From: an uncultured Planctomycetia bacterium
Lineage (GTDB): Bacteria; Omnitrophota; Gorgyraeia; 1-14-0-20-64-10
Assembly: GCA_964597545.1 (NCBI GenBank)
Contig: CAZQXN010000001.1
Span: forward strand, 133,655 to 197,654
Length of the DNA stretch: 64,000 nt
Reading direction: 5' to 3'
Made by a program: the position numbers and the translations under genes. Position 1 is the stretch's first letter. Each line of letters begins with the position of its first letter. Positions 10,070 to 20,400 of this stretch are shown piece by piece. The notes under the pieces were generated by a model. That model saw nothing but the letters and a program-made list of their open reading frames with translations. It was not told where the DNA came from and did no database searches.

Positions 10070-10936
10070 TTACACCACATCTGCGAAAATCTTTTCCATT
10101 CTCCGAAAATAGAACGCGCCGCTAACCAACAAGGCGGCGGAGACAATCATTGAAAGAAGTAGCATGTTGCGCGGAGGGTAGGTTCCCAGGAGAGCCCACC
10201 GGAAGCCCTCAACCACGCCCACCATCGGATTGATCCCGTAGAGGGTGCGCCAGGGTTCGCTCAGCAGGCTGCTTGGATAAATAACGGGTGTGGCAAACAT
10301 CCAGAACTGGATTAGGAAGGGGACGATGTGGCGCACATCTCTAAAGCGTACGTTGAGCGCGGAAAGCCACAGGCCCACGCCCAGAGCAGTCGTCAGAGCC
10401 AGAAGGAGGAACGCCGGGAAGGTGAGGATTCGGTAGGTTAACTCAACGTCGTAGTAGACCATCATGAGGAGCAGCATGACGAAAGCGATGCAGAAATCGA
10501 AGATGCCGGAGAAAACACCGGCAACGGGAATGGTGAGGCGGGGGAAGTAGACCTTTCGGAGGAGGTTGGCACTGCCAACCATGCTGTTGGAGCTCTGGCC
10601 GAGGGACTGAGAAAAGTAGTTCCAGGGCAGCAGTGCCGCATAGCTGAAGATGGGATAGGGAACGCCATCGGATGGCATCTTGGCGAGACGGCCAAAGAAG
10701 ATGCTGAAGACCACCATCGTGGAAAAGGGCTGAATGATGGCCCAGGCAGCACCCAGTGTTGTCTGTTTGTAACGGACCTTGACGTCCCGCCAAACCAAGA
10801 AATAGAGGAGCTCGCGGAATTCCCACAACTCCCTGAAATCAATACCCCTCCAACCCTTGGAGGGAGCGATAACCTCCTTGTGGAGGGCTTCGTCTTTTGC
10901 GTGACGAGGTGTATGCTTGTTTCTGTCTTTGAACAT
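10070..10936 (-). CDS. wzm: Polysaccharide ABC exporter permease
   Basis: RDVKVRYKQTTLGAAWAIIQP and NLLRKVYFPR motifs. Confidence 0.95.
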   Translation of the reverse strand: MFKDRNKHTPRHAKDEALHKEVIAPSKGWRGIDFRELWEFRELLYFLVWRDVKVRYKQTTLGAAWAIIQPFSTMVVFSIFFGRLAKMPSDGVPYPIFSYAALLPWNYFSQSLGQSSNSMVGSANLLRKVYFPRLTIPVAGVFSGIFDFCIAFVMLLLMMVYYDVELTYRILTFPAFLLLALTTALGVGLWLSALNVRFRDVRHIVPFLIQFWMFATPVIYPSSLLSEPWRTLYGINPMVGVVEGFRWALLGTYPPRNMLLLSMIVSAALLVSGAFYFRRMEKIFADVV

Positions 10937-11024
10937 TGGGGTATCTTGTTAACCCAATCAGGATACACCATCTTTTTGGGGTTGGCGAATAGAATGATGG
11001 TGGTTTCTAGCGCGGGGAAGAGCT

Positions 11025-12054
11025 TGTGGGAATAAATGTCAAGGGTAACACTCAAAGATAACAAAAACACTACGCTGCGAGCTGCTTCTGAAGTACCGTT
11101 TGTAGCCGCTCATAGGGTGTCTGGCTCCCTAGGGCCCAATGGGGCCGCTGGTAATTGTAGTAATCCTGCCACCGCTGGAGCTTGGTATTTAACTCTTCCG
11201 TTGAGGCGTAGGTCAGCCCACCGTAGAACTCTTCGTCATCGGTCTTATGGCTGCGTTCCACCTTGCCGTTGAGTCTGGGGCTACGGGGCTTGATGTATCG
11301 ATGCTGAAGACCCTTATCTAGGCAATGCCAATGGAAGCCGCTCTGGAACTCGCTACCGTTGTCTGTACGGACAATTTGAACCTGGAAAGGCATCTGAGTC
11401 AGGACGTGATCCAAAAAGGCGATAGCGTTGACCTGAGTGGTCCTTTCGTAGATCCTAAGGACTCGAAGCCGGGTGGTGTCGTCCAGAGCCGTAAACTGGT
11501 AGCGCTTTGGTCGACCGTCTCGCTTGCCACCCGGGACCTTAACGTCAATCTGGACATGGCGTCCAGGAACAGCTTGCTCGTAGCGCTTAAAGAGCCTTGC
11601 ACCCCGTATCCGTTCGCCCCTCAGCAACCGGTTTTCGCCCTCAACCTTGAGGATGTGGTAGATCGTCGCGGTCGTGCAGGTAACTCCATGGTAGCGCTTG
11701 AGGTACATATGGATCCTGGAAGGTCCGAAGCGGTAGGTTCTTCTCAGATGCAAGATGAGCTCCCTGGCCTCCCGGGGTGTTCCTCGAGGACTGCGGTGGG
11801 GCCTTCGGCTACGATCTTTGAGACCCTCAACTCCATGCGCTTCGTATCGGTGCAACCACTTGTAGTAAATCCGCCTGGAGATGCCAAAATGTCGACATGC
11901 CCTAGATACGTTGATCTTTTGAGCGTAGGCGAACCAGGCAAGCCTGAGTTTGATACAGCGGTCTTCATGAGACATTCGTTAACCCTCCGTAAAAACAACT
12001 TCAAAACCAATACAACTACCATAAAGTGTTAACCATGTCTCTTAATTCTCCACG
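11025..12054 (-). mobile_element. IS481-family insertion sequence
   Basis: Transposase flanked by imperfect ~28-bp inverted repeats (tgtgggaataaatgtcaagggtaacac versus revcomp gtggagaattaagagacatggttaacac); aagagct at 11018 and 12060 may be a target duplication. Confidence 0.75.
11070..11975 (-). CDS. IS481-family DDE transposase
   Basis: N-terminal HTH, DRSRRP, VQIDVK, TDNGSEF, NGKVERSH and YNYQRPH motifs. Confidence 0.95.
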   Translation of the reverse strand: MSHEDRCIKLRLAWFAYAQKINVSRACRHFGISRRIYYKWLHRYEAHGVEGLKDRSRRPHRSPRGTPREARELILHLRRTYRFGPSRIHMYLKRYHGVTCTTATIYHILKVEGENRLLRGERIRGARLFKRYEQAVPGRHVQIDVKVPGGKRDGRPKRYQFTALDDTTRLRVLRIYERTTQVNAIAFLDHVLTQMPFQVQIVRTDNGSEFQSGFHWHCLDKGLQHRYIKPRSPRLNGKVERSHKTDDEEFYGGLTYASTEELNTKLQRWQDYYNYQRPHWALGSQTPYERLQTVLQKQLAA

Positions 12055-12156
12055 TTCAAAAGAGCTCCTCTGGCGTCGAGCACACCCTCTGTGCTACAAT
12101 AAAGTGGAACCTTAGTATTATCGTACACTTGATAGAAGCTCAAATTACCCCATCTT

Positions 12157-12837
12157 ATGAAAACGGCGGAACGAGAAGCGGCACGGAAGCTGCGTAGGGC
12201 TGGCCACTCGATGAGAGAAATCGCAGGCCAGATCAACTGCGCTAAGAGCTCAATCAGCAGATGGCTTCAAGATATTCCTTTGCGCCCTCAGCAAATTGAA
12301 CGATTGAACTCAAACCAGGACAGGGGCCGGGCTAAAGCTGCAAATCATCCCAATAGCCCTAAAATGGTATGGGCGAAGATACGCAACGAAACCATGCAAA
12401 TGGCTTCAAGGGAGCTGCCCCTTCGCTGTTCCATGGAAATGCTGAAAATTTCGGGCGCCTGCTTGTATTGGGCGGAGGGCTACAGGGCCAGCTTTAACAT
12501 GGTCAACTTCAGCAACTCAGACCCATCCATGATCAGGTTCATGATGGCCTTCTTCCGAAGAGTTTGCAGAGTACCGCCTGCTAAATTCCGAGGCGTGGTC
12601 CATATCCATCCTCACTTAAACAGCAACGCTGCTTGTAAATATTGGTCTCAGATAAGCGGAATACCCCTAAACCAATTTCATAGAACTCAGTTCGCTATTA
12701 GCCGGTCCAGTCGGCAAAAACGGGATTCGCTGCCTCGGGGAACCTTCAGAATTGTCATCTCGGATACGCATCTTCAATGCCGGATCAGAGGCTGGATTGA
12801 AGGAATGCAGCGGTGGGCGAATAGCTCAGTTGGTTAG
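12157..12837 (+). CDS. HTH plus LAGLIDADG-like hypothetical protein overlapping tRNA-Val
   Basis: N-terminal HTH (SMREIAGQINCAKSSISRW); LYWAEG..FSNSDPSMI helix resembles LAGLIDADG-like domains. Confidence 0.6.
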   Translation: MKTAEREAARKLRRAGHSMREIAGQINCAKSSISRWLQDIPLRPQQIERLNSNQDRGRAKAANHPNSPKMVWAKIRNETMQMASRELPLRCSMEMLKISGACLYWAEGYRASFNMVNFSNSDPSMIRFMMAFFRRVCRVPPAKFRGVVHIHPHLNSNAACKYWSQISGIPLNQFHRTQFAISRSSRQKRDSLPRGTFRIVISDTHLQCRIRGWIEGMQRWANSSVG

Positions 12838-12891
12838 AGCACTCGGCTTACATCCGAGAGGTCACAGGTTCGAGCCCTGTTTCGCCCACCA
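12815..12891 (+). tRNA. tRNA-Val(TAC)
   Basis: Cloverleaf GGGCGAA...CTCGG-CTTACAT-CCGAG...TTCGCCC-A-CCA. Confidence 0.97.
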
Positions 12892-12951
12892 CCTTTCTGA
12901 AAAGACAGACTGGCCAATTCTCTCAATTTGCTCTAAGATGGATACTCTTCC

Positions 12952-13030
12952 GGGGTCGTAGCTTAGTCCGGTTCAAAGCGCCTGCCTGTCACGCAGGAGA
13001 GCGCGGGTTCAAATCCCGTCGGCCCCGCCA
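12952..13030 (+). tRNA. tRNA-Asp(GTC)
   Basis: Cloverleaf GGGGTCG...CCTGC-CTGTCAC-GCAGG...CGGCCCC-G-CCA. Confidence 0.97.
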
Positions 13031-13063
13031 CTGCCTGTAACGTTCTGTGGTATATTCTATTAT

Positions 13064-13882
13064 GTGAATCCACTGGAGCGTTTCTGTACCTCCCTGCGTC
13101 ATCACCCAGTTTTTGAAAATATCCCGCTCTGGGATGTTGTTCGGCCCGCCTACAACACCCTCCTTAACATCATCGCATCCAAGAGAGGTCTTGAGCGAAA
13201 TATGAACGGTATGGATTCCATGCGCCTCCATCCGAGGTGGCGGGGAGTTCAGGAAAACTATGAGCCTCTCGTTTGGAAACACATGATGAACCATGTGCGG
13301 AAAGGGGATACTGTTGTCGATGTTGGAGCTTTTATCGGACTGTACGCAATCGCCTTAGCAAAGCGAGTGGGGCCTGGGGGGCTTGTTCTGGCTTTCGAGC
13401 CAGATCCTTCAACCTTCGGATGGCTCCAACAACACGTCGCGCTGAATCATGTAGGGGTTAGGGTAAAGCTCTTCCAATCGGCGGTAGGCCATCAAGTGGG
13501 CAAAGCAAATTTCATGTCAGGAATAAACTCCCAGGCCCACGTAGAAGCAAACCAATATGTCGGAATCAAGGTACCTATTACGACTCTCGATAAGGAACTC
13601 CCAAATCAGCGAGTAGATGTCCTTAAGATAGACGTCGAAGGCTTTGAGGAAAAGGTGCTTCAGGGCGCCATTCGGCTCCTTAAGGATCCGATTCGTTGCC
13701 CTCGGAGCATCTACATAGAGATGCATCCCTATGCGTGGAAAGAGCTGGGGAGCGCGGGTAAATCGTTGTTACGTTTGCTCAGAGATTGCGATTACAAGAT
13801 TTCAAAGCTGGACGGGCATCCCGCCGAGAATATTGATGATTACGGCGAGATTGTGGCGAGCAGGAATCTAGATAACCGATAG
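13064..13882 (+). CDS. FkbM-family methyltransferase
   Basis: VVDVGAFIGLY, AFEPDP and LKIDVEGFE motifs. Confidence 0.9.
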   Translation: MNPLERFCTSLRHHPVFENIPLWDVVRPAYNTLLNIIASKRGLERNMNGMDSMRLHPRWRGVQENYEPLVWKHMMNHVRKGDTVVDVGAFIGLYAIALAKRVGPGGLVLAFEPDPSTFGWLQQHVALNHVGVRVKLFQSAVGHQVGKANFMSGINSQAHVEANQYVGIKVPITTLDKELPNQRVDVLKIDVEGFEEKVLQGAIRLLKDPIRCPRSIYIEMHPYAWKELGSAGKSLLRLLRDCDYKISKLDGHPAENIDDYGEIVASRNLDNR

Positions 13883-13904
13883 CTGTGGTTGCTCAACTTG
13901 ACCA

Positions 13905-14013
13905 ACCTCCTAGCATCCTCGGACTCCGCCCAAACCCGAAAATCATCCAGAAACGTGTTAAAATCCCCTTCTGAGGGGCTATCAGGAGTTCGAAAATCGT
14001 CCCGTCGGCCCCG
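13905..14013 (+). repeat. FLDDFR element copy A, ending in a copy of the tRNA-Asp 3' end (att-like)
   Basis: 27-bp block at 13947-13973 is identical to 15163-15189; 14000-14013 is identical to tRNA-Asp 13014-13027. Confidence 0.85.
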
Positions 14014-14028
14014 TTTTTACAAAACCAG

Positions 14029-14060
14029 CGGTACCGGGTACAAGCCTGTACCCGGTACCG
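14029..14060. repeat. Perfect 14-bp inverted repeat
   Basis: cggtaccgggtaca-agcc-tgtacccggtaccg. Confidence 0.85.
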
Positions 14061-14081
14061 TATTGTTTAACTTCAAATAAG

Positions 14082-14119
14082 AAGGCCAGTTACGTTAATG
14101 CGTAGCTGGCCTTTGTTTT
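14082..14119 (+). terminator. Probable intrinsic terminator
   Basis: aaggccagttacg-ttaatg-cgtagctggcctt followed by tgtttt. Confidence 0.6.
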
Positions 14120-14304
14120 CTATCCTCTTTTTGAGGGCTTAAGCCTGGATAAGAACGTGCAAGTCCCGATCCAGCTGCCGCCGTTGTTCAGGGCTTAAGC
14201 TGTTGACCGGAAGGCCGAAATTCGGTGGATTCAAACCGCTAGCGCAACACGACTCTGTGAAAGGCAGATTCAAAACGGCAGCAGCGAAGGTCAGCTGTTC
14301 GACT

Positions 14305-14365
14305 GGCTTTCCGGCCATCCGATTCGGCCCAGACAAAATCAGCCAGAAACGTGCTAAAATCACCC
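14305..14365 (+). repeat. FLDDFR element copy B (partial), containing a TGnTAAAAT extended -10 box upstream of the MNT gene
   Basis: ccagaaacgtgctaaaatc matches copies A and C; minus strand reads GDFSTFLADFVWAESDGRK. Confidence 0.65.
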
Positions 14366-14380
14366 TGCAGGAGAAAAAGA

Positions 14381-14713
14381 ATGGGCCGAAAAACACAGTT
14401 AGAGCAAGAACTCAGAAGAATTACCGATCTCATCCTTCAGGGTTATCAACCAGAACGGATCATCTTGTTTGGGTCGTTGGCCCGGGGTCAAGTTCACGAC
14501 TGGAGCGATATTGATTTGGCGATCGTCAAGGAAACGCCGGAAAGATTCATTGACCGGATCGGCTCGGTTCTTCAGCTCACTCATCCACAAGTCGGTTTGA
14601 ACGTAGTCGTTTACACGCCCCAAGAAGTTGCCGACATGGAACGGTCAGACCATTATTTCTGGATAGACGAAATTGCTGGGAAAGGAACTGTTCTTTATGA
14701 CAGAGCCGCATAA
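14381..14713 (+). CDS. Minimal nucleotidyltransferase (MNT) antitoxin
   Basis: ILFGSLARG...SDIDL motif; ATG 14381 preceded by GGAG. Confidence 0.9.
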   Translation: MGRKTQLEQELRRITDLILQGYQPERIILFGSLARGQVHDWSDIDLAIVKETPERFIDRIGSVLQLTHPQVGLNVVVYTPQEVADMERSDHYFWIDEIAGKGTVLYDRAA

Positions 14714-15086
14714 ATGGCTGGAGTTTGCACGAGAAGATTTCGTTCTCGCCGAAGTGGCGCTCGAGAAAAAGATCTACAATCAAGTCTGCTTTCATGCCCA
14801 GCAAGGGGTAGAAAAAGCTCTCAAGGGATTCCTCCGCACCCAGAGCCGAAGCGTGCCCAAAGTTCATGTTCTGAATGAATTGGTGGCGCTTTGCCGAGAA
14901 ATCGACAGCAGTTTTTCTAAACTCGAACAGACATGCCTGAAGCTGGACCGATTCTACATCCTCACGCGCTACCCTGACGCTTTGCCTGGGGTTGGCTCTG
15001 AGGGAATGCCCACCGCCCAGGATGCCCAAGAGGCCGTTGATCTGCTCGGGAAGGCTCTACGCTGGATCCAAGGGAAGATTTCCTAG
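14697..15086 (+). CDS. HEPN-domain protein, partner of the MNT
   Basis: CFHAQQGVEKALKG, H.L..L and TRYP motifs; overlaps the MNT gene. Confidence 0.9.
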   Translation: MTEPHKWLEFAREDFVLAEVALEKKIYNQVCFHAQQGVEKALKGFLRTQSRSVPKVHVLNELVALCREIDSSFSKLEQTCLKLDRFYILTRYPDALPGVGSEGMPTAQDAQEAVDLLGKALRWIQGKIS

Positions 15087-15114
15087 CGCCTAACGCAAAT
15101 CCCCTGAAGCTTTC

Positions 15115-15230
15115 CCCCTAGCTTCCTGGCCTCTTCCGATACAGCCCAAATCCTAAACTCCCCCAGAAACGTGTTAAAATCCCCTTCTGCGGGGCCCCAA
15201 GGAGTTCGAAAGTCGTCCCGTCGACCCCCG
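15115..15230 (+). repeat. FLDDFR element copy C, ending in a degenerate tRNA-Asp 3' end
   Basis: Direct repeat of copy A; tcccgtcgacccccg at 15216-15230. Confidence 0.85.
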
Positions 15231-15387
15231 TTCCTCAATGGACACAACGAACTGTTACGAATGGCGTTATCGCGACAATTCTCTCTTCTCCTGAAGGGGC
15301 ACAACTAGGCATCAGCCTTGCATTGAATCTCAGGGGTTGTTCGAAAGCGCTGCGGGGGTGCTTTGGGGGTGGGGCAAAGGAGGTTTG

Positions 15388-17268
15388 TTACGATTCTGCT
15401 GTGGCGGCTGCGGTAGCCGGCTGGCCGTCACCTCCGTTAGGGACCGGTTCGGCCGGACGGGGTTGTTCAGTCCAGTCTAAGGCCTGCACGGTCTTAAAGA
15501 GGATCCCGCCACAGATCAAACAGACAATGCCAGCTCCGATGGCCTCCTTGTGGAAGCCCAAGAAGAACCACTGCAATCCCATCATGACCGAGTAAACCGT
15601 CCCGATCCCCGTCAGCCAGCAAACGATGTTGTTCCACCCAACGCGCTGCGGCTTCAACTCCGGCCACCGGCTTTTACACTCTTTGGCAATCGGGCCCCAC
15701 CAGCCGGGTGGCCTGACCCGCCTGTAGAAGCTGATGAGCACCTCCTGATCCGTCGGCTTAGAGAGGAGAGTTACCGTTACCCAGACGATGGTACAGAGAA
15801 TAATGGTGAGGACCACTTGAACGGCATACCACTCCCCTGTCTTGATCTGAGGCACCATAAGCAGCAGATTGGAGATGATGAAGCTTGAAATCAAGGCGGA
15901 CAGCTCCGACTTTGCGCTGATCCGCCACCAGTACCACCTCAGAAGCGGCACCAGCACGCCCCCGGCCATCATGGCGGTCAGGAAGAGCCACGCCCGGTAT
16001 ACAGAGCTGAGTTTCCATGCCCCGTAGGCGCCCAAGAGCACAACCAGAACCGACACGACCCGCGAGATAACGACGTAATGCCCTTCTGATTTTTTCCGGA
16101 CCACAAAGCGCTTGTACAGGTCGTTGACGATGTAGGAAGCGCCCCAGTTGATGTGTGTGGCCACGGTGGACATGAAGGCCGCCAGCATGGCCGCAACCAT
16201 GAGGCCTTTTAAGCCAATCGGCATGAACATCACCATCATCCGGGGATATGCCATCTCTGGATCGGCAAGTCGAGGCAGATAGATGAGCGACGCCAGCCCC
16301 ACGATGACCCATGGAACAGCCCGGATGGCATAGTTCCAGATGTTGTACCACAACAGCGCTCCCACCGCGTGACGGCCGTTGCGGCAGGAGAGCAGCCGCT
16401 GCGCCAAGAAGCCACTGCCGTCGGCCCCACCCCACCAGTTCACCATCAGGAAGGTCATGAAGGTGAAGATGGCCAGGTTCGAAGCCTCTAGGTTCGGAGC
16501 AAAGCGTAGGAGCTGACTGGGGTCTGCCACGGGGCTGGGCAGATCCGGCTGCCCATGGAGGGCCTGCGCCGCTGCTACGGCCTTGGTGGCCAGCGCAGTG
16601 GGTCCACCGACGTGGGCCAGGACAATCCCGGCCAGCGCCACCACCCCGATCATCGCCACAATAAACTGCATCAGGTCCGTGTACATGACCCCCCAGAGAC
16701 CAGACAGAGTGGTGTAGACAGCAGTCAGCCCCACCAGGATGGCGATGGCGGTCAGCTTCGGCCAGCCGAAGACCTCAGTACAGATCTTCTGCATCCCAAG
16801 AAAGACCCAGGCCAGCGTCACCGTATTGGCTATCAGAGATCGGAAGGAGGCGTGGAACATCCGAAGCCCTTTAGCGGTCCGGCCGCCATAGCGAAGCTCT
16901 ACCAACTCGACATCGGTCAAGACGCGCGAACGCTGCCAGAGCTGAGCAAAGAAAAAGGCGGCCATCATCGTGCCAATGAGGCCGCTCCACCAGTACCAGT
17001 TGCCCTGAAAGCCCTGCGTGCGGACAATGCGCGCAATGGCCAGCGGCGTATCCGCCGCAAAGGAGGTCGCCACCATGGAGGTGCCGGCGAGGAACCAGTT
17101 GAGCTTGCGGCCGGCAACAAAGTACTCGGTGAGGCTCTGGGAAGCGCGCTTGGTAAAGGCCATCCCGATCCAGAGCGAGATGATCCCGTAACCAATGATG
17201 ACAGCCCAGTCGATCGCGCTTAAGGCAATGTAATCGTGATCCAAGACGATTGTCCTCCCGGAGGGCAT
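15388..17268 (-). CDS. Sodium:solute symporter family protein
   Basis: EYFVAGRKL, SMVATSFAADTP and GLWGVMYTD motifs; multiple transmembrane segments. Confidence 0.9.
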   Translation of the reverse strand: MPSGRTIVLDHDYIALSAIDWAVIIGYGIISLWIGMAFTKRASQSLTEYFVAGRKLNWFLAGTSMVATSFAADTPLAIARIVRTQGFQGNWYWWSGLIGTMMAAFFFAQLWQRSRVLTDVELVELRYGGRTAKGLRMFHASFRSLIANTVTLAWVFLGMQKICTEVFGWPKLTAIAILVGLTAVYTTLSGLWGVMYTDLMQFIVAMIGVVALAGIVLAHVGGPTALATKAVAAAQALHGQPDLPSPVADPSQLLRFAPNLEASNLAIFTFMTFLMVNWWGGADGSGFLAQRLLSCRNGRHAVGALLWYNIWNYAIRAVPWVIVGLASLIYLPRLADPEMAYPRMMVMFMPIGLKGLMVAAMLAAFMSTVATHINWGASYIVNDLYKRFVVRKKSEGHYVVISRVVSVLVVLLGAYGAWKLSSVYRAWLFLTAMMAGGVLVPLLRWYWWRISAKSELSALISSFIISNLLLMVPQIKTGEWYAVQVVLTIILCTIVWVTVTLLSKPTDQEVLISFYRRVRPPGWWGPIAKECKSRWPELKPQRVGWNNIVCWLTGIGTVYSVMMGLQWFFLGFHKEAIGAGIVCLICGGILFKTVQALDWTEQPRPAEPVPNGGDGQPATAAATAES

Positions 17269-17440
17269 TTCGAAGGAAATTTTGTAACCCGTTTATTGTA
17301 AGTGATTTCTCCGATAATGCAACCATAAATCCGCTCTTTTACCAGGCATGCCCGGAGCAAAAGCAATGTTATAATAAAACCTGCTGGAAAGACCAATCCC
17401 TCGTTCGTCTTTGCAATCACCTGATAAGGAGAGCCAATTC

Positions 17441-20400
17441 ATGCCAAAACGCCAGGACATTAACAAGGTCATGATCATAGGTTCAGGCCCGATCGTCATC
17501 GGCCAAGCATGTGAGTTCGACTATTCCGGCACCCAGGCCTGCAAGGCGCTGCGATCGCTAGGCTATAAGATCGTCCTGGTGAATTCCAACCCGGCAACGA
17601 TCATGACCGATCCTGGAATGGCTGACGCGACGTATATCGAACCCCTCAACACCCGAGCGCTGGAAGAAGTGCTCGCGGCCGAACGACCGGATGGGCTGCT
17701 GCCGAATCTGGGAGGGCAAACGGGGTTGAATCTCTCCTTTGAGCTGGCCAAGTCCGGCATCCTAAAACAACACGGCACTCAGGTGATCGGCGTCAACATA
17801 GACGCCATTGAGCGGGGGGAGGACCGGACAGCCTTCAAGGAAACCATGAACCGCCTGGGCATCGAGATGCCCAAGAGCGAGGCTGTCAACAACGTGGAAG
17901 ACGCCGAGCGGGTGGCCGAGATCTTGGGGTATCCGGTGGTGGTCCGCCCGGCCTATACCATGGGTGGCACAGGCGGGGGACTCGCCTACAACACAGAGGA
18001 GCTTCGCACTGTAGCTTCCCGGGGTCTTTCTGCAAGCCGGGCCAACCAGGTATTGATTGAAGAGTCGGTGCTCGGATGGGAAGAGTTGGAGTTGGAGGTG
18101 GTCCGGGACAGCAAGAACCAGATGATCACCGTTTGCTTCATTGAAAATGTGGACGCCATGGGGGTGCACACCGGGGACTCCTACTGCACTGCCCCCATGC
18201 TGACGATTGATCCGGCCCTCCAGAAACGGCTTCAGAAGCACTCCTATGACATCGTAGAAGCCATCGGTGTCATCGGGGGCACCAACATCCAGTTTGCACA
18301 TGATCCCAAGACCGGGCGGGTGGTGGTGATTGAGATCAACCCGCGTACCTCCCGATCCTCAGCGCTGGCCTCCAAAGCAACTGGCTTTCCCATTGCCTTT
18401 GTCTCTTCGCTCCTGGCTGGGGGGCTGACCATGGATGAGATCCCCTATTGGCGGGACGGGACGCTCGAGAAGTACACCCCCTCGGGAGAGTATGTGGTGG
18501 TGAAGTTCGCCCGATGGGCCTTTGAGAAGTTCCGAGGGATCGAGGACAAACTGGGTACGCAGATGCGCGCCGTGGGCGAGGCCATGTCGATCGGCAAGAA
18601 TTATAAAGAGGCGCTTCAGAAATCAATCCGGTCGCTCGAGATCAAGCGCTATGGTTTAGGCTTTGCCAAGGATTTCCACCAGAAATCCCTGGACGAACTC
18701 TTCGCGCTGCTGGCCACCCCCACCAGTGAGCGGCAGTTTTTGATGTACGAGGCGCTGCGTAAGGGGGCCGATGTCCAAAAGCTCTATGCGCTCACAGCCA
18801 TTAAGCCGTGGTTCATTGAGCAGATGAAGGCCTTGGTCGAACTGGAGATGGAACTCATCAAGCACCGGGGGGCTTTGCCGCCGGATGATCTCCTCAAGCA
18901 GGCTAAGCAGGATGGTTTTGCCGACAAATACTTAGCACAGATCCTGAACACCAAGGAAGAGGAGATCCGCAACCGGCGCAAGGCCCTTGGGGTGGTAGAG
19001 GCCTGGGAACCGGTCCCGGTCAGCGGCGTGGAGAATGCCGCCTACTATTATTCCACCTACAATGCGCCGGACCGGGTAGCCGTGAGTAAACGAAAGAAGA
19101 TCATGGTCTTGGGCGGAGGCCCCAATAGGATCGGGCAGGGAATCGAGTTTGACTACTGCTGTGTCCATGCGGCTTTTTCCATCCGGGATGCCGGATACGA
19201 ATCGATCATGGTCAACTGCAACCCCGAGACCGTTTCAACCGACTATGACACCTCGGATAAGCTGTACTTTGAACCGCTGACAGTCGAGGATGTCTTAAGC
19301 ATCTATGAGAAGGAAAAACCCGAGGGGGTGATCGTGCAGTTCGGCGGACAAACGCCTCTCAACATTGCGCAGGAGTTGGCCGAGGCCGGGGTGAAGGTCC
19401 TGGGCACCTCCCCGGCTACGATTGATCTGGCCGAGGACAGGGACCGGTTCCGGCAAATGATGCGCAAGCTCAACATCCCGCAGCCGGAATCCGGGATGGC
19501 CAGCAACCTAGAGGAAGCCCTTGAAACTGCCAAGACCATCGGCTATCCGCTGATGGTGCGTCCTTCTTACGTGCTTGGCGGACGTGCCATGGAGGTGGTG
19601 GAAGACGAGGAGATGCTGAAAGAGTACGTTCAGGCAGCGGTGGATGTCTCGCCTGAGCGCCCGATCCTGATTGATCGCTTCTTAGAGAATGCCATCGAGG
19701 CCGAGGCGGACGCGCTGTCCGATGGGACCGATGCATTCGTTCCTGCGGTTATGGAGCATATTGAGTTGGCCGGTGTGCATTCGGGGGACTCGGCCTGCGT
19801 CATTCCGCCTGTCAGCATCCCGCAGCAGCATCTTGACATCATCCGCGACTACACCCGCAAGATCGCCATTGAACTTGGGGTGGTGGGGCTAATGAATATT
19901 CAGTACGCGATCGCCAACGATACCGTCTATGTTTTGGAGGCCAACCCTCGCGCCTCACGCACAGTTCCCTTGGTCTCCAAGGTGTGCAACGTGCCGATGG
20001 CCCGCCTGGCTACACAGTTGATACTCGGCCAGAAGCTCTCGGATTTGAAGCTCACCCACAGCAAGATTTTTCATTTCGGCGTCAAGGAGGCGGTCTTTCC
20101 CTTTAACATGTTCCCTGAAACAGATCCTCTGCTCGGACCGGAGATGCGCTCGACCGGAGAGGTGCTGGGAATGGCGGATTCTTTTGGCTTGGCGTTCTTT
20201 AAAGCCCAGGAAGCCACCCAGCTGATACTCCCACTCAAAGGAGCGGTGCTCTTTACGATCGCCGAAAAGAACAAACCGCAGGTGGTGAAGTCGGCTAGGA
20301 TATTTTCTGAGTTGGGATTCTCCATCCGGGCAACCGAGGGAACACAGCAATTTCTGACAAAGCATGGCATTGCGTCAGAGCTGATTCTAAAGATCGGCCA

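Noticed and set aside
11325-12032. 235-aa plus-strand ORF
   Set aside because: Antisense to the IS481 transposase, with no recognisable motifs.
13985-14013. Possible extra tRNA (GTTCGAA plus acceptor-like end)
   Set aside because: No D-arm, anticodon arm or 5' acceptor strand; better explained as an att-like duplication.
14139-14396. Small minus-strand ORF in the second cassette
   Set aside because: No recognisable motif, and it overlaps repeat copy B; cannot be supported.
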